Shown piece by piece: positions 20,101 to 31,453 of a DNA stretch of 64,000 nucleotides (positions within the stretch are counted from its first letter, which is position 1; each line of letters opens with the position of its first letter). Source of the stretch: Myxococcales bacterium (lineage in GTDB: Bacteria > Myxococcota_A > Polyangia > Polyangiales > DASUME01); contig JASGJH010000001.1 in NCBI GenBank assembly GCA_047601445.1, positions 5,408,001 to 5,472,000 on the forward strand, written 5' to 3'. The translations under genes were made by a program, and so were the position numbers. The notes below the pieces were generated by a model. The model saw nothing but the letters and a program-made list of their open reading frames with translations, did not search any database and was not told the DNA's origin.

Positions 20101-21295
20101 GCGCGTCGAAGTGCACGCGATCCAACTGGGCGGCGCCTGGCAGGTGGAGACCTGGGCGCCGGCCGACGCCACCAAGCTGGCGCTCTGGACCAACGACGCC
20201 GTGTCCATGAAGCGCACCGCGCAGGATCTGGCGCGCTTGGCCGTGGAGTTGCCCTCGTTCCAGAGCCACGAGCGGCGGGCCCGTGCGGCCTACCTGGTGA
20301 TGCGTGGCAAGGGTCAGGAAGCCATCCCGCTGTTGACCGACGACGAAGAGCCCCTGGCGGTGGTCGGCTGGAGCCGCACGCGCTCCCAGCTGGTGCGTGC
20401 CCTGCGCGAGGTCGGCGACCCGGCGCGCTCGCACGCGGTGGGCGCGGACGCGCTTTCGCGCCTCTCGACGGCAGATCTCGAGTACGTGGCCCACACCCTC
20501 ACCTTGCAGGTCGAGTTCGCGCTCACGGAAGCTGCGCTCGGACGCTTCCGTGAGGCCAACGCGCGGCTCGACCAGATGATCGCCCACCACACGCCACTGC
20601 AGGGTCTCCTGGTGTTGAGCGTGCTGCACCAGGCGCGCATGCGCGTGGCCTTGCTGCAGAACGACCTGACGACGGCCCAGGCACAGCTCGCGGAGCTCGA
20701 GCGCTACGCGCGTCCCACCGGCATCCCGAGCCTGCTCGAGTCCGTGAACGCACTCAAGCGCGAGCTCGCGCGCGCGCTCAACCCCGGCCAATCGGACACC
20801 GAGGGGCTCTTGTTGCGTGATCCGGCGCGCCTGGTCACGCACGTGGAGGCGCTGATGACCCGCACCGGGCGTCACATTGGCGAGCGCGCGAGCAGAGCCG
20901 TGCAGATCGCGCTGGAGCTCACGGGCGCGGACGCTGGCTTCTTGGTGGTGGTGCGCGAGGACGCACCGCTCGCCGAGATCGGAGGCCGCACGCCCGACGC
21001 GAGCCTGGTGGCATGGGCCAAGGAACGTCTGCTGGCTGCGCTACGCAACGACGAGACCGCTCAAGTCGAGGACCGCACCGGCATGACCGACCTGAACCTC
21101 AAGTTCGTGGGCGACGTGCGCTATTGCGTGACGCCGCTGTGGGTCTCTCGCAACCGGCGCGACGTCCCCGTGGCGGCCATCGCGCTCGGCTTCAGCCAGG
21201 GCAACCCGCAGCTGCCGAGCCCCGAGGTGCTGCGCGTAATCGGCGGCTACCTCGAAGAAGCCGACGCCACCTCGGACATCCAAACTATTTCTTGA
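17174..21295 (+). CDS. Ser/Thr kinase - AAA/STAND-type ATPase - TPR-like - degenerate GAF multidomain protein
   Basis: LGEGGMAAVY, HRDLSPRN, DFG; FVGRERE, GTEGVGRS (Walker A-like), VDDL, SEGNP, YRFAHPLLRD. Probable start GTG at 17225. Confidence 0.88.
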   Translation: MGGSVVDGSSASARQGRVSIEAGEVLGGRYRVERLLGEGGMAAVYAVIDAANGERKALKLLTAQAKHQMGALFEREYRTLSGLRHRGIVEVFEYGIEGGRPFYTMELLEGQELTKLAPLPWREACTCVRDIAAILGLLHARGLIHRDLSPRNLFRCVDGRVKLLDFGALAAVGEVTEIVGTAPFLPPEALDKRALDGRADLYSLGALAYWLLTGVHAYPAKNFAELPRLWQHETPLVNSMLKLLKQEGAEVPAELEILVQSMLRLDPTERPADTAEVIARLTGVAGLDPEGRDEAAQGYLDSKVFVGRERERERFAQKLASAQQGNATTLFVEGTEGVGRSRLLEELTVMARVAGSVVLRAQGSSESHAYGLASNLACALLQALPEDALELAQPHADALTQLSPELRRALGRATPAAGLSDVREDRLRKQAALHGWFVEVSQRKSLAIMVDDLPLADEESQAFLATLAHAGKGPRLLVTVTAATGTSQRLSSAAQSMRGEATRLWLLPLTAPETRLLLRSVFGETRYLDRMAERLHKLSEGNPRYCLELARNLVRSGTVRYADGMWALPSDISADDLPKSLEASVLSRLDRLSPEARDLARLASVPDNGFLTPALFGGLTQDSSGTLEAALSELVETQVLRNASGKYRFAHPLLRDHLHAELPDAERRRVHLALGAALASGAAGDDVQQLRASLHFLRAGDVARGEALLLECGNRMLDRGVESVGEAAPMFDEAVTLLDGLGRDKYSLIIPLSMLSFAGYFADRRYGMRHGERALSLLQDVLRMNLARKLRRFLGARIALLVSLVVAGIGLRRAKLRAPNVTMTVRCLLSAASTLAGMTAIAIDPRSTHRHAAVIEPLTALGPQHAATFLHRFCLALAMGVEDRPAESVRALKSLIEWLESDQPIHNMPAPARRNYLAGSLFTLGIRACWKDGNEGLAAAEKLEQFGPLYAMYADQLRAIYYSNVGDLERSQHYRKRVEVHAIQLGGAWQVETWAPADATKLALWTNDAVSMKRTAQDLARLAVELPSFQSHERRARAAYLVMRGKGQEAIPLLTDDEEPLAVVGWSRTRSQLVRALREVGDPARSHAVGADALSRLSTADLEYVAHTLTLQVEFALTEAALGRFREANARLDQMIAHHTPLQGLLVLSVLHQARMRVALLQNDLTTAQAQLAELERYARPTGIPSLLESVNALKRELARALNPGQSDTEGLLLRDPARLVTHVEALMTRTGRHIGERASRAVQIALELTGADAGFLVVVREDAPLAEIGGRTPDASLVAWAKERLLAALRNDETAQVEDRTGMTDLNLKFVGDVRYCVTPLWVSRNRRDVPVAAIALGFSQGNPQLPSPEVLRVIGGYLEEADATSDIQTIS

Positions 21296-21312
21296 ACGGC
21301 AAACCGCGTCCG

Positions 21313-21849
21313 TCAGCCGGACACGCTGCGCAGCATCTTGAGGAAGCTACCCGGCAGCATGAACATGAAGCTGTGGGTCGCGAACCGCACTTCGGCCCCG
21401 TCGCGCAGCTTCATGGTGCCGCCAGCGCTCAAGCGCACGCCGTCGACGAAGGTGCCGTTGGTGGAGTCCTTGTCGGTGATCTGATAGCCGCCATCGGCTT
21501 CCAGGATATAGGCGTGGAACTTCGAGACTCCCGTGCGCGCGATGCACAGGTCGAGGTTCGGCGTGCGACCGATGCTGATGTGCCCGGAGAACGCGGCACC
21601 CACGCGCTTCTTGAGCAGCAACACCTCGCGTCGATCGGGAGGCAAGATGCGCGACGAAACGTCACTCTCGTCGAGGTACTCGGTGCGGAAGCTGGACGGT
21701 CCACCCGCGCCGACTTCGACGCGAGCACTCTCGACGAGCACCGGACAGGAGATCTGCGCGAGGAAGGCCGTCTCCGTGAGCTTGGCCATGGTACGCGCGT
21801 AGTGGGCGAGCGAGGTATCGCGGGACTCAGCAATCATTGCCACTCCCAT
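21313..21849 (-). CDS. FHA domain protein (paralogue A)
   Basis: IGRTPNLDL...VSKFHAYI...DKDSTNGTFVDG. Confidence 0.9.
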   Translation of the reverse strand: MGVAMIAESRDTSLAHYARTMAKLTETAFLAQISCPVLVESARVEVGAGGPSSFRTEYLDESDVSSRILPPDRREVLLLKKRVGAAFSGHISIGRTPNLDLCIARTGVSKFHAYILEADGGYQITDKDSTNGTFVDGVRLSAGGTMKLRDGAEVRFATHSFMFMLPGSFLKMLRSVSG

Positions 21850-21966
21850 AGCTTACCATTCGCGGTTCGGATCTGACGACGTGAGCTGCGAACGACAGCA
21901 TCTCCCGCGCTCCCACACGCCTTTCGGCTAGTCCGCGGACAGCGCGCGGAAGCCGCGCTCGCGCCC

Positions 21967-23692
21967 CTAGTAGGCCGGTCGAGTCAGTGTGATGTCGGCA
22001 TCCTTGAATGCCACCTTGTAGGCCTTTTCGGCTTCCTTGGCGGGCTGCTTCTTTTTCTGTCCCGTGAGCGCCTGGGCCAGTCCGAACAGCGCCCAGCCGT
22101 TGCCAGGATTGTGCTCCAGGTCCTTACGAAACACGACTTCGGCCTCGGCGTGTTGGCCGGCATCCAGCAAGGCCGCCCCCTGGTAATGCCGCACCGGATA
22201 GAACCAGTCAGCAGGCTCGCTGTAGGCCAGCTGGTCCTCGAGGGCCACGGCCTCCTGCCAGAGCACCAGCGCCACCGGGTCCTTGGCGGCCTCGGCGATG
22301 CGCGCCTCGACGACCTTGGCGGCGACCTCGAGCACTGCTTTCGCCAAGTTCAGATTGGCCATCATGTCGGGCGGCAGACCATTCGCGATCTCACGAATGG
22401 CCAAGGCGTGCTGTGCCGCGGCCTCCCGCTCACCCTTGCTCGCGCGGGCCATGCCCTGTGCGTGATGCCACAGCGCGACCAGCGTCCGATACTTGGGATC
22501 GGGCGGGGGCTCCTTGAGGATGTCGTCCCAGCGGCCAAAACGGACCATCACGAGCAGAGGCTCGGAGAGGAAGAAGTCCATGCCGGGCATGCCGCAGACC
22601 ACGTCCTTGGGGATGCTGGTGGCAGACTCGCGCGCCGCCCCGAGCGCCTCGGCGCTGCGCCCCTGCATGGAAGCCGCGAAGGCGAGGAACCCGAAGTTGT
22701 GGCCGAGGTAGAACTTGTAATAGCCGGGCGGCGTGGTGGTCTTGAGGTAGTTGCGGTCGACGTCGATAGCGCGTCGATTGGACTCCGCCGCGTCCGAGTA
22801 GCGACCCACGCGCTGGTAGATGTGCGCGGGCATGTGCACCAAGTGGCCCGCACCCGGCACCAAGTTACCGAGCCTGGTCGCAGACGCGAGGCCACGCTCG
22901 GGTGTCTTGGACGCCTCCACCGCGTGGATGTAGAGGTGGTTCGCGCCCACGTGCTCGGGCGCCTTCGCGAGCACGCGCTCGAGGGTCTTCACAATCTCCT
23001 CGGTGTGTTCGGTGGGCTCGCCGCTCGGAGTCCAGAGCTTCCACGGGTTCAAGTCCATGAGCGACTCGGCGTACAGGGTCTGCACGTCGAGATCGTCCGG
23101 GTAGTGCGCGGCCACGTCGCGCATCGCGAGCGCGTAGGAGTGGCTGTACGAATGCATGGCCACGGGATCGACCCACTCGGGTCCCTTGAAACGCTTGGCG
23201 AGGGCCGTGATGAGCGCCTGCTCCACCGGAGAGCCCGAGAATCGGCGCGGCCTGCTGCGCCGCCTGCAGTGCGTCCCAGGCGGCGCGTGCGCGCTCGGGC
23301 AACATCGGCATGTTGTAGTTGGGGCCCAGCGTATAGGCGACGCCCCAGAAGCACAGCGCACACGTGGGATCGATCTCCGCGGCTCGGGCGTAGGAGCGCG
23401 CGGCCTCGTCGTGATTGAAGCCGTAAGTGAGCGCAAGCCCTTGATCGAATAGCGCCTGCGCGTCATCCACGCGATGACTGATTGTGCGGTGGACTTGACC
23501 GAGGTCGCCGAACAGCTTGGCGCCTTCGGTCATGCCCGTGAGCGTCCAGCCCGAGGCCTGCTGGGCCTGGCTCGCGGCAGGGGCCGCTGGCGGTGGGGCC
23601 GAAGCGACCTGCGTGGGAGTCTTGGGAGCCTTGGTTTGAGAACTGCCGCAGCCGCCGGACAGCACGACCACGACGAGTAGCGCGTATCGCAT
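21967..23692 (-). pseudogene. Conserved TPR lipoprotein interrupted by a single frameshift (~23230-23250)
   Basis: GAGGAGG RBS, then MRYALLVVVVLSGGC...FDQGLALTYGFNHDEA...LGPNYN...AAQQAAP in one frame. Continues as SPVEQALITALAKR...HLYIHAVE...HLVHMPAHIY...YSEPADWFYPVRH in another frame. Confidence 0.8.
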
Positions 23693-23752
23693 GACACCTC
23701 CTCGTGAGACGCCATGCTTATACGCCCGCCGCGCGCCTGAATCACGACACTT

Positions 23753-23800
23753 CGTGAGCGCAGCGAAACCTCGCAGTGGGGAGGGCGCGCGCCCTCCCCA
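23753..23800 (-). repeat. Dispersed REP-like repeat family 1, internally deleted copy
   Basis: Reverse strand reads TGGGGAGGGCGCGCGCCCTCCCCACTGCGAGGTTTCGCTGCGCTCACG; includes a perfect palindrome; lies just after the BON-gene stop. Confidence 0.7.
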
Positions 23801-23814
23801 CAAATGGCGGCGAT

Positions 23815-24726
23815 TCAGTAGGAGTAGCTGCTGCCGTCGGTGACGCGCTCCGCGCCCTTGATGGCGAGGTAGTTGTCGACCTTGCCGCTGCCAGCATAGC
23901 CGCGAGCCAGGCGCTCGACCTGCCAGCGCTCCTTGTCGCTCATCACCAAACCGCGCAGAGAGATGTTGCCATCTTTGGTCGTCACCTGGACGTTCTTGGC
24001 GGTGTACGAGAGAGCATCGTCGTTCCTGATGGCGCGCCGGATACGCTGGGTCGTCAGCCGGTCGCCCTCGCTCTTTCCTTGCTGGAGGTCGTTGTTGCGG
24101 CCAATCGCGGACTCGTCGACCACGGGCTCGCCCCCCATCACCTGGCTGGAAGACGTGCCTTGCGTAGGCGATACGGCCTTCGTGGTGCCGGGCCCCGTGA
24201 GAGCCCCGGGCGGATTGCCGAACGTCACGTCCGCCGTCGTGCTCGTGCCGCGACCGGTGTCGATGATGACGTCGGAGCTGTTCGAGGCCGTGGCGCGCTG
24301 CTCCTGGTGCAGCGGCATGTCCATCTTCTCGTATTCCGCGCTGTCGGCGTCACGCATGCCGTTGGCGCCCACACCCAGCGCTTGGTCGGAACGCGCCTGC
24401 GCCGCGCTCTGGGGCTGTTGGGACGCGCTGGTGCCGCCGGTGCTGTTCGGGGCGGTGGCGCGCTGCCCCTGGTGCAGCGGCATGTCCATCTTCTCGTACT
24501 CCGCGCTGTCGGCGTCACGCATGCCGTCGGCGCCCATGCCGAGCGCTTGGTCGGAGCGAGCCTGCGCGGGAGTCTCGGCCTCCGAATACACGGGGTTGTA
24601 ACGCTCCTGGTACTCCGCCCCGTTCGCTTCGAGCGTCGAGGCGACGTGTTGCGGTTGCGGTTGCTGACGATTGCAGGCGGGCGCCGCCAGGCAAAGCAGC
24701 AGCGCGCCGAAGTAGTAGCGTTTCAT
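23815..24726 (-). CDS. BON-domain lipoprotein with an internal 39-aa duplication
   Basis: MKRYYFGALLLCLAAPAC after GGAGGGAGG; C-terminal BON domain (IRRAIRNDDALSYTAKNVQVTTKDGNISLRGLV...VDNYL). Confidence 0.85.
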   Translation of the reverse strand: MKRYYFGALLLCLAAPACNRQQPQPQHVASTLEANGAEYQERYNPVYSEAETPAQARSDQALGMGADGMRDADSAEYEKMDMPLHQGQRATAPNSTGGTSASQQPQSAAQARSDQALGVGANGMRDADSAEYEKMDMPLHQEQRATASNSSDVIIDTGRGTSTTADVTFGNPPGALTGPGTTKAVSPTQGTSSSQVMGGEPVVDESAIGRNNDLQQGKSEGDRLTTQRIRRAIRNDDALSYTAKNVQVTTKDGNISLRGLVMSDKERWQVERLARGYAGSGKVDNYLAIKGAERVTDGSSYSY

Positions 24727-24999
24727 TGTGTTCCTCCCTCCGGATGCGCGCGAGGCGCGCACGACGTGCCAGTTTTCGCGGGCGCTCCACACGAACCGCA
24801 CGCTCGAGAGCCATGAAAAGCGGCGTACGTGCGGCCCATCGAAACAGGAACAACTGCAGGCCGCGTGCCGCGTGTCATTTGACATGCCAGCGCCTTTTCA
24901 CAGCTAAAACTGGGCCCCCGAGGGCGCCGCGCTAACAGGGCGGCGCCAGGTTCGGCAGGCCCGCCACACCACATTCGAGGTGTAGCGAACGCGTGCGCA

Positions 25000-26670
<1,671 letters not shown>

Positions 26671-27056
26671 CGCGTTCCCCGATAGCCCGCCGCAACTGAT
26701 GCGGACCATTGTTGTCTTCGATCCCGGAAACCAAGTCTTGCCCGGTCCAAACGCAAAGCACATGCCACGCAAATTGCACGGATTCCGAGCGCTCCTGGCT
26801 TAACTTTTCCGCTCGACATATGTCTCCCATCCTCGGAAACGGGGCCGATTGCGACAAAATGCCTCGCACATGCCGTGGCCCTTCGTGCGCTTGCGCTTTC
26901 CATCGCGTGCCCTCGATCCATAGCGATCGAGCTCGCGCAGTGAGGCCGCGATGTCCTGTGGGCGCCAGCGTCACGACTCGATTCGGCTGTGTTGTCACAG
27001 GGCGACAGTGCGCGTTCGAGCAATGTTGTGAGCGCGAACTTGAGAGTCGTTTGTAA

Positions 27057-27110
27057 CGGGGAGGGCACGCGCCCTCCCCGACCACCGCGGCAAACCCGCG
27101 ATGGGACCCA
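27057..27110 (+). repeat. Dispersed REP-like repeat family 1, 5' part
   Basis: CGGGGAGGGCACGCGCCCTCCCCGACCACCGCGGCAAACCCGCGATGGGACCCA. Confidence 0.75.
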
Positions 27111-27149
27111 GCTGGGCTCCCGCGCTCTGCTTGACCACGCGGCGGGGCA

Positions 27150-27701
27150 GTGCTTCGTGTTGTTTCGATGGGCTCATCGCGCGCCCTCGGCAAAGCACAC
27201 GTGCACTATCGCGCTCCAAAAGCCGCACCACCCGTTGCCGCGCCACCACCGAGGCCCATCCCGGCTTGGCTCGAGCACCTCGTGCGTCTGCTCGAAGACC
27301 GCTTCACGGTTCCTGGCACGGACCTGCGCTTCGGTTTGGACGCCCTGCTCGGGCTCGTGCCAGGCATCGGCGACGCGGCCAGCGCCGCAGGCTCAGCGGG
27401 CGTGTTTTGGCTCGCCCTGCAGCGAGGCGTCCCCCGCGTAGTCATCGCGCGCATGGCCCTGAACGTGGCCATCGATGCCCTGCTCGGCTCAATCCCGCTG
27501 CTAGGCGACGCGTTCGACTTCGTGTGGAAGGCCAACCGCAAGAACCTGCGCCTGGTCGAGCGCTATCAGGACTCACCGGTGCCCAAGCAGGCCCGCGCGA
27601 GCGACTATCTCACCATGGGACTGGTGGGCCTGCTGCTGATCGGTGCGGTAGCTCTCCCGTTTCTGGTCGCTGGCACGCTGATTGGTTATCTCTGGGGGTA
27701 A
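27150..27701 (+). CDS. DUF4112 domain membrane protein
   Basis: RFTVPGTDLRFGLDALLGLVPGIGD...RMALNVAIDALLGSIPLLGDAFDFVWKANRKNLRL. Start uncertain. Confidence 0.9.
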   Translation: MLRVVSMGSSRALGKAHVHYRAPKAAPPVAAPPPRPIPAWLEHLVRLLEDRFTVPGTDLRFGLDALLGLVPGIGDAASAAGSAGVFWLALQRGVPRVVIARMALNVAIDALLGSIPLLGDAFDFVWKANRKNLRLVERYQDSPVPKQARASDYLTMGLVGLLLIGAVALPFLVAGTLIGYLWG

Positions 27702-27705
27702 TTGC

Positions 27706-27885
27706 CGGGGAGGGATGCGCCCTCGCCGCCCGTCGCGGCAAAGCCCGCGCCAGGACCCAGCCCACCGCGAGGTTCGCTGCGCTCACGCGTGCTCGCAACT
27801 TCACGCAAGAGGGCACGCGGCCTCCCCACCCGTCGCAAAGGCGCACTGGGAAAACCCGCCCTGCCGTGAGGTTCCTGCGCTCACG
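27706..27885 (+). repeat. Two tandem copies of REP-like repeat family 1
   Basis: Copies at 27706-27787 and 27809-27885, both GAGGG...CCGTCGC...GAGGTTC(G)CTGCGCTCACG. Confidence 0.8.
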
Positions 27886-28029
27886 ACCAGGCGGTCGCCT
27901 CGGACTTCGCCTGGCCCGCTCGAAAAAGCCCGGGCCGCCGCGCAAATGTTCCGTGGATTCTGCTGGCAATTTGGGGGGGTAGGCCTTACATCACGGCGCC
28001 CCCGTTTTTCCCCGGGGCGAGAGGTCGAC

Positions 28030-29958
28030 GTGAGCGAGCAGGACGAGCAGGCCCCCGGCTGGACCATCGCAAAAAGCGCGGAGCTCTATCAGGTCCGTGG
28101 CTGGGGCGAACCCTACTTCGCAGTCAGCGAGCGCGGCACCGTGGAGGTGCGTCCGGACCCGGAAAAGCCGAGTCGCAGCATCGATCTCCACGAGCTGGTC
28201 CAGGACCTCGAGGCGCGCGGCCTCGACCTGCCGCTCCTGATCCGCTTCAGCGACATCCTGAAGGACCGCATCCGTCGCCTCAACGAGTGCTTCGGCCGCG
28301 CCATCAAGGAGCACGACTACCCGGGCGTCTACCGCGGCGTGTTCCCGGTCAAAGTGAACCAGCAGAAGCACCTGATCGACGAGGTGGTGGAGTTCGGCCA
28401 GCCCTGGCAGTACGGCCTCGAAGCCGGCTCCAAGCCCGAGCTCCTGATCGCGCTCTCGGCCATCAGCGATCCCAACGGCCTGATCGTCTGCAACGGCTAC
28501 AAGGACCGCAAGTACATCGAGACGGCCCTCCTGGCCCAGCGCTTCGGTAAGACCGTGATCGTCGTGCTCGAGCGCATCGAAGAGCTCGACTTCGCGCTCG
28601 AGGCCTCCGCCAAGACGGGCATCCGTCCCTGCCTCGGCGTGCGCGCCAAGCTCAGCTCGCGCGGCGTCGGCCGCTGGAAGGACTCGGCCGGTGATCGCGC
28701 CAAGTTCGGCCTCACCATCAGCGAGATCGTGGAAGTCTGCGAGCGCCTGGGTGCGCGCGACATGCTCGACTGCCTGCAGCTCTTGCACTTTCACATCGGC
28801 AGCCAGATCTCCAGCATCATCCCCATCAAGAACGCCATGCAGGAGGCCGCCAACCTTTACGTGGAGTTGGCCAAGCTCGGCGCGGGCATGAAGTATCTGG
28901 ACGTGGGCGGCGGTCTCGCCGTGGACTACGACGGCTCCAAGACCGACTTCCACGCTAGCAAGAACTACAACATCCAGGAGTACGCCTCCGACGTGGTGTC
29001 CTCCATCCAGGAAGCCTGCAACAAGGCCAGCCTGCAGGTGCCCACCATCATCAGCGAGAGCGGTCGAGCCATCAGCGCCCATCAGTCGGTGCTGGTGTTC
29101 GAGGTCGTGGGCACCCACGAGCTACGCCCAGGCGAGGCACAGGATCCGGGCAAGAACGCCAACCGCGTGCTGCAGCAGCTGTTCGAGACCTACAAGGGCG
29201 TGATGCCCAAGAACCTGCAGGAGGCCTACCACGACGCGCAGCAGGGCAAGGAAGAGGCCGAGAGCCTGTTCAAGCTCGGCTACTTGAGCCTGCGCGAGCG
29301 CGCTCAGGCCGAGCGCCTGTACTGGGCCTGCTGCCAGAAGATCGTGCTCACTGGGTCGCGCCTCAAGCGCGTACCGGAGGAGGTCGCCGACCTGCGCGAC
29401 CAGCTGGCCGCCATCTATTACGGCAACTTCTCGATCTTCCAGTCGGTGCCCGACAGCTGGGCCATCGATCAGTTGTTCCCCATCATGCCCATCCACCGGC
29501 TCAAGGAAGAGCCCACGGTGCGCTGCGTGATCGCGGACCTCACCTGCGACAGCGACGGCAAGATCGACCGCTTCATCGACGTGGAAGATCCCAAGGCGGT
29601 GCTCGAGGTGCACGACCTGAAGCCCGACCAGCCCTACATGATGGCGATCTTCCTCAACGGCGCTTACCAGGAAATCCTGGGCGATCTGCACAATCTGTTC
29701 GGCGACACCAACGCGGTGCACGTGCGGCTGTCCGACGATAGCGACGACGAGTACGAAGTGAGCCACGTGGTGAAGGGCGACTCCATCCACGAAGTGCTCG
29801 ACTACGTGGAGTACGAACCGAGCGTGATGATCGAGCGCATGCGCTTGCAGGCGGAGCGCGCCAAGCGCGAGGGCCGCATCACCGTGGACCAGGTGAAGCT
29901 GCTCCTGAGGCACTATGAAGAGAGCTTGGGGAGCTACACGTACCTTACCGATGATTGA
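28030..29958 (+). CDS. speA: Biosynthetic arginine decarboxylase
   Basis: VFPVKVNQQ (PLP lysine), GLEAGSKPEL, HFHIGSQI, DVGGGLAVDYDGS, DLTCDSDGKID, GAYQEILGDLHNLFGD. GTG start at 28030 after GAGG. Confidence 0.97.
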   Translation: MSEQDEQAPGWTIAKSAELYQVRGWGEPYFAVSERGTVEVRPDPEKPSRSIDLHELVQDLEARGLDLPLLIRFSDILKDRIRRLNECFGRAIKEHDYPGVYRGVFPVKVNQQKHLIDEVVEFGQPWQYGLEAGSKPELLIALSAISDPNGLIVCNGYKDRKYIETALLAQRFGKTVIVVLERIEELDFALEASAKTGIRPCLGVRAKLSSRGVGRWKDSAGDRAKFGLTISEIVEVCERLGARDMLDCLQLLHFHIGSQISSIIPIKNAMQEAANLYVELAKLGAGMKYLDVGGGLAVDYDGSKTDFHASKNYNIQEYASDVVSSIQEACNKASLQVPTIISESGRAISAHQSVLVFEVVGTHELRPGEAQDPGKNANRVLQQLFETYKGVMPKNLQEAYHDAQQGKEEAESLFKLGYLSLRERAQAERLYWACCQKIVLTGSRLKRVPEEVADLRDQLAAIYYGNFSIFQSVPDSWAIDQLFPIMPIHRLKEEPTVRCVIADLTCDSDGKIDRFIDVEDPKAVLEVHDLKPDQPYMMAIFLNGAYQEILGDLHNLFGDTNAVHVRLSDDSDDEYEVSHVVKGDSIHEVLDYVEYEPSVMIERMRLQAERAKREGRITVDQVKLLLRHYEESLGSYTYLTDD

Positions 29959-29971
29959 TTCGACTGAGGTT

Positions 29972-30063
29972 CCCGTACGCGTGCGTGCCCGTGCCCGCAA
30001 GCGATCGCTCGCTAGCGGCACCGGCACTCGGGAAAACGAAGGTCGCGTACGGGCACGGGCACG
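29972..30063. repeat. Intergenic inverted repeats
   Basis: CCCGTACGCG (29972-29981) pairs with CGCGTACGGG (30044-30053); CGTGCCCGTGCCCG (29984-29997) pairs with CGGGCACGGGCACG (30050-30063). Confidence 0.65.
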
Positions 30064-30130
30064 TTTACGAGTAGGTTGAGCCGGATCGGCACTGGTTGCG
30101 CGCGGAAGGCGCGCCCGGAGGAAAGAGAAA

Positions 30131-31453
30131 ATGTCTCGGATCGTTTGTAAGTTTGGTGGCACGAGTCTGGCCGACGCGAACCAGTTCAAGAAGGTGCGCG
30201 CCATCGTGGAATCCGACGCTCGCCGCAGCATCGTGGTGCCCTCGGCGCCCGGCAAGCGCGTGCCCTCGGACGCCAAGCTCACAGACCTCCTCTACCTGTG
30301 CCAGCAGAGCGCGGCGGTGGGCTCGGACTTCGCAGCTCCCTTCGCGCAAATCCGCGAGCGCTTCCTCGAGATCGAGCGCGAGCTCGGCGTGTCCGCCCGC
30401 ATCGGGGAGCACCTCGACAAGCTCGCCGCGGACATCAAGAAGGGCGTCACGCCCGATCACGTTGCTTCGCGCGGCGAGTACCTCAACGGGCTCTTGATGG
30501 CCGCCTATCTGGGCGCCGAGTTCGTGGACCCCGCCGACTGCATCCTCATCACCGCCAACGGCGGCGTGGACCAGGAGACCTACCGCTCGCTCGGGGAGCG
30601 CCTGAGCGACCCCAAGAAGCGCTACGTCGTGCCCGGCTTCTACGGCCGTGACGCCAAGGGACAGGTGAAGACGTTCTCGCGCGGCGGCTCCGACATCTCG
30701 GGTGCCATCGTGGCGCGCGCCGCCAAGGCCGAGGTCTACGAGAACTGGACCGACGTCTCGGGGCTCCTGATGAGCGATCCGCGCATCGTGAAGAACGCGA
30801 AGCCCATGGAAGAGGTCACCTACGCGGAGATCCGCGAGCTCTCGTACATGGGAGCCTCCGTGCTGCACGACGAAGCCATCTCGCCCGTGCGCGAGGTCGG
30901 CATCCCGATCAACATCCGCAACACCAACGCGCCCGAGCACCCTGGCACGCGCATCGTCAACAAGCTCAGCCCCGAGATCGACAAGAGCACGGAGATCGCG
31001 GGCATCGCGGGCAAGAAGAACTTCTCGATGATCAGCATCGAGAAGAGCTTGATGAACAAAGAGATCGGCTTCGCCTATCGCTTGCTCGGCATCCTCGAGC
31101 GCCACGGCGTCAGCATCGAGCACTGCCCCTCCGCCATCGACAGCATGAGCGTGATCGTCGAGTCCTCACAGCTCGGCGACAAGACCGAGCTCGTGCTCGG
31201 CGAGATCCGCACCACGCTGGCGCCCGACAAGCTGGAGTTCGTCCCGCAAATTGCCCTGATCGCAGTGGTGGGCGAGGGCATGGCCAAGACCATCGGCATC
31301 GCTGCCAAGGTGTTCGCCGCCCTGCGCGACGCGGCCGTCAACGTGCGCGTCATCAACCAGGGCGCCTCGGAGCTCAACATCATCGTCGGTGTCGTACCGG
31401 ATGACTACGAGAAGGCCGTGAACGCCCTGTACGGCGCGTTCGTCGCCAACTGA
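30131..31453 (+). CDS. lysC: Aspartate kinase (AAK domain plus two ACT domains)
   Basis: KFGGTSLAD, VPSAPGKR, TFSRGGSDISGA, WTDVSG...DPRIV, ELSYMGASVLH, INQGASELNI. Confidence 0.95.
   Translation: MSRIVCKFGGTSLADANQFKKVRAIVESDARRSIVVPSAPGKRVPSDAKLTDLLYLCQQSAAVGSDFAAPFAQIRERFLEIERELGVSARIGEHLDKLAADIKKGVTPDHVASRGEYLNGLLMAAYLGAEFVDPADCILITANGGVDQETYRSLGERLSDPKKRYVVPGFYGRDAKGQVKTFSRGGSDISGAIVARAAKAEVYENWTDVSGLLMSDPRIVKNAKPMEEVTYAEIRELSYMGASVLHDEAISPVREVGIPINIRNTNAPEHPGTRIVNKLSPEIDKSTEIAGIAGKKNFSMISIEKSLMNKEIGFAYRLLGILERHGVSIEHCPSAIDSMSVIVESSQLGDKTELVLGEIRTTLAPDKLEFVPQIALIAVVGEGMAKTIGIAAKVFAALRDAAVNVRVINQGASELNIIVGVVPDDYEKAVNALYGAFVAN

Noticed and set aside
27682..28029. N-terminal extensions of SpeA (likewise ArgJ 37106-37891 and the PAS kinase 54665-54862)
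   Set aside because: They run through repeats or neighbouring genes; internal starts fit family lengths better.
29959..30130. Lysine riboswitch upstream of lysC
   Set aside because: No recognisable L-box consensus or terminator.
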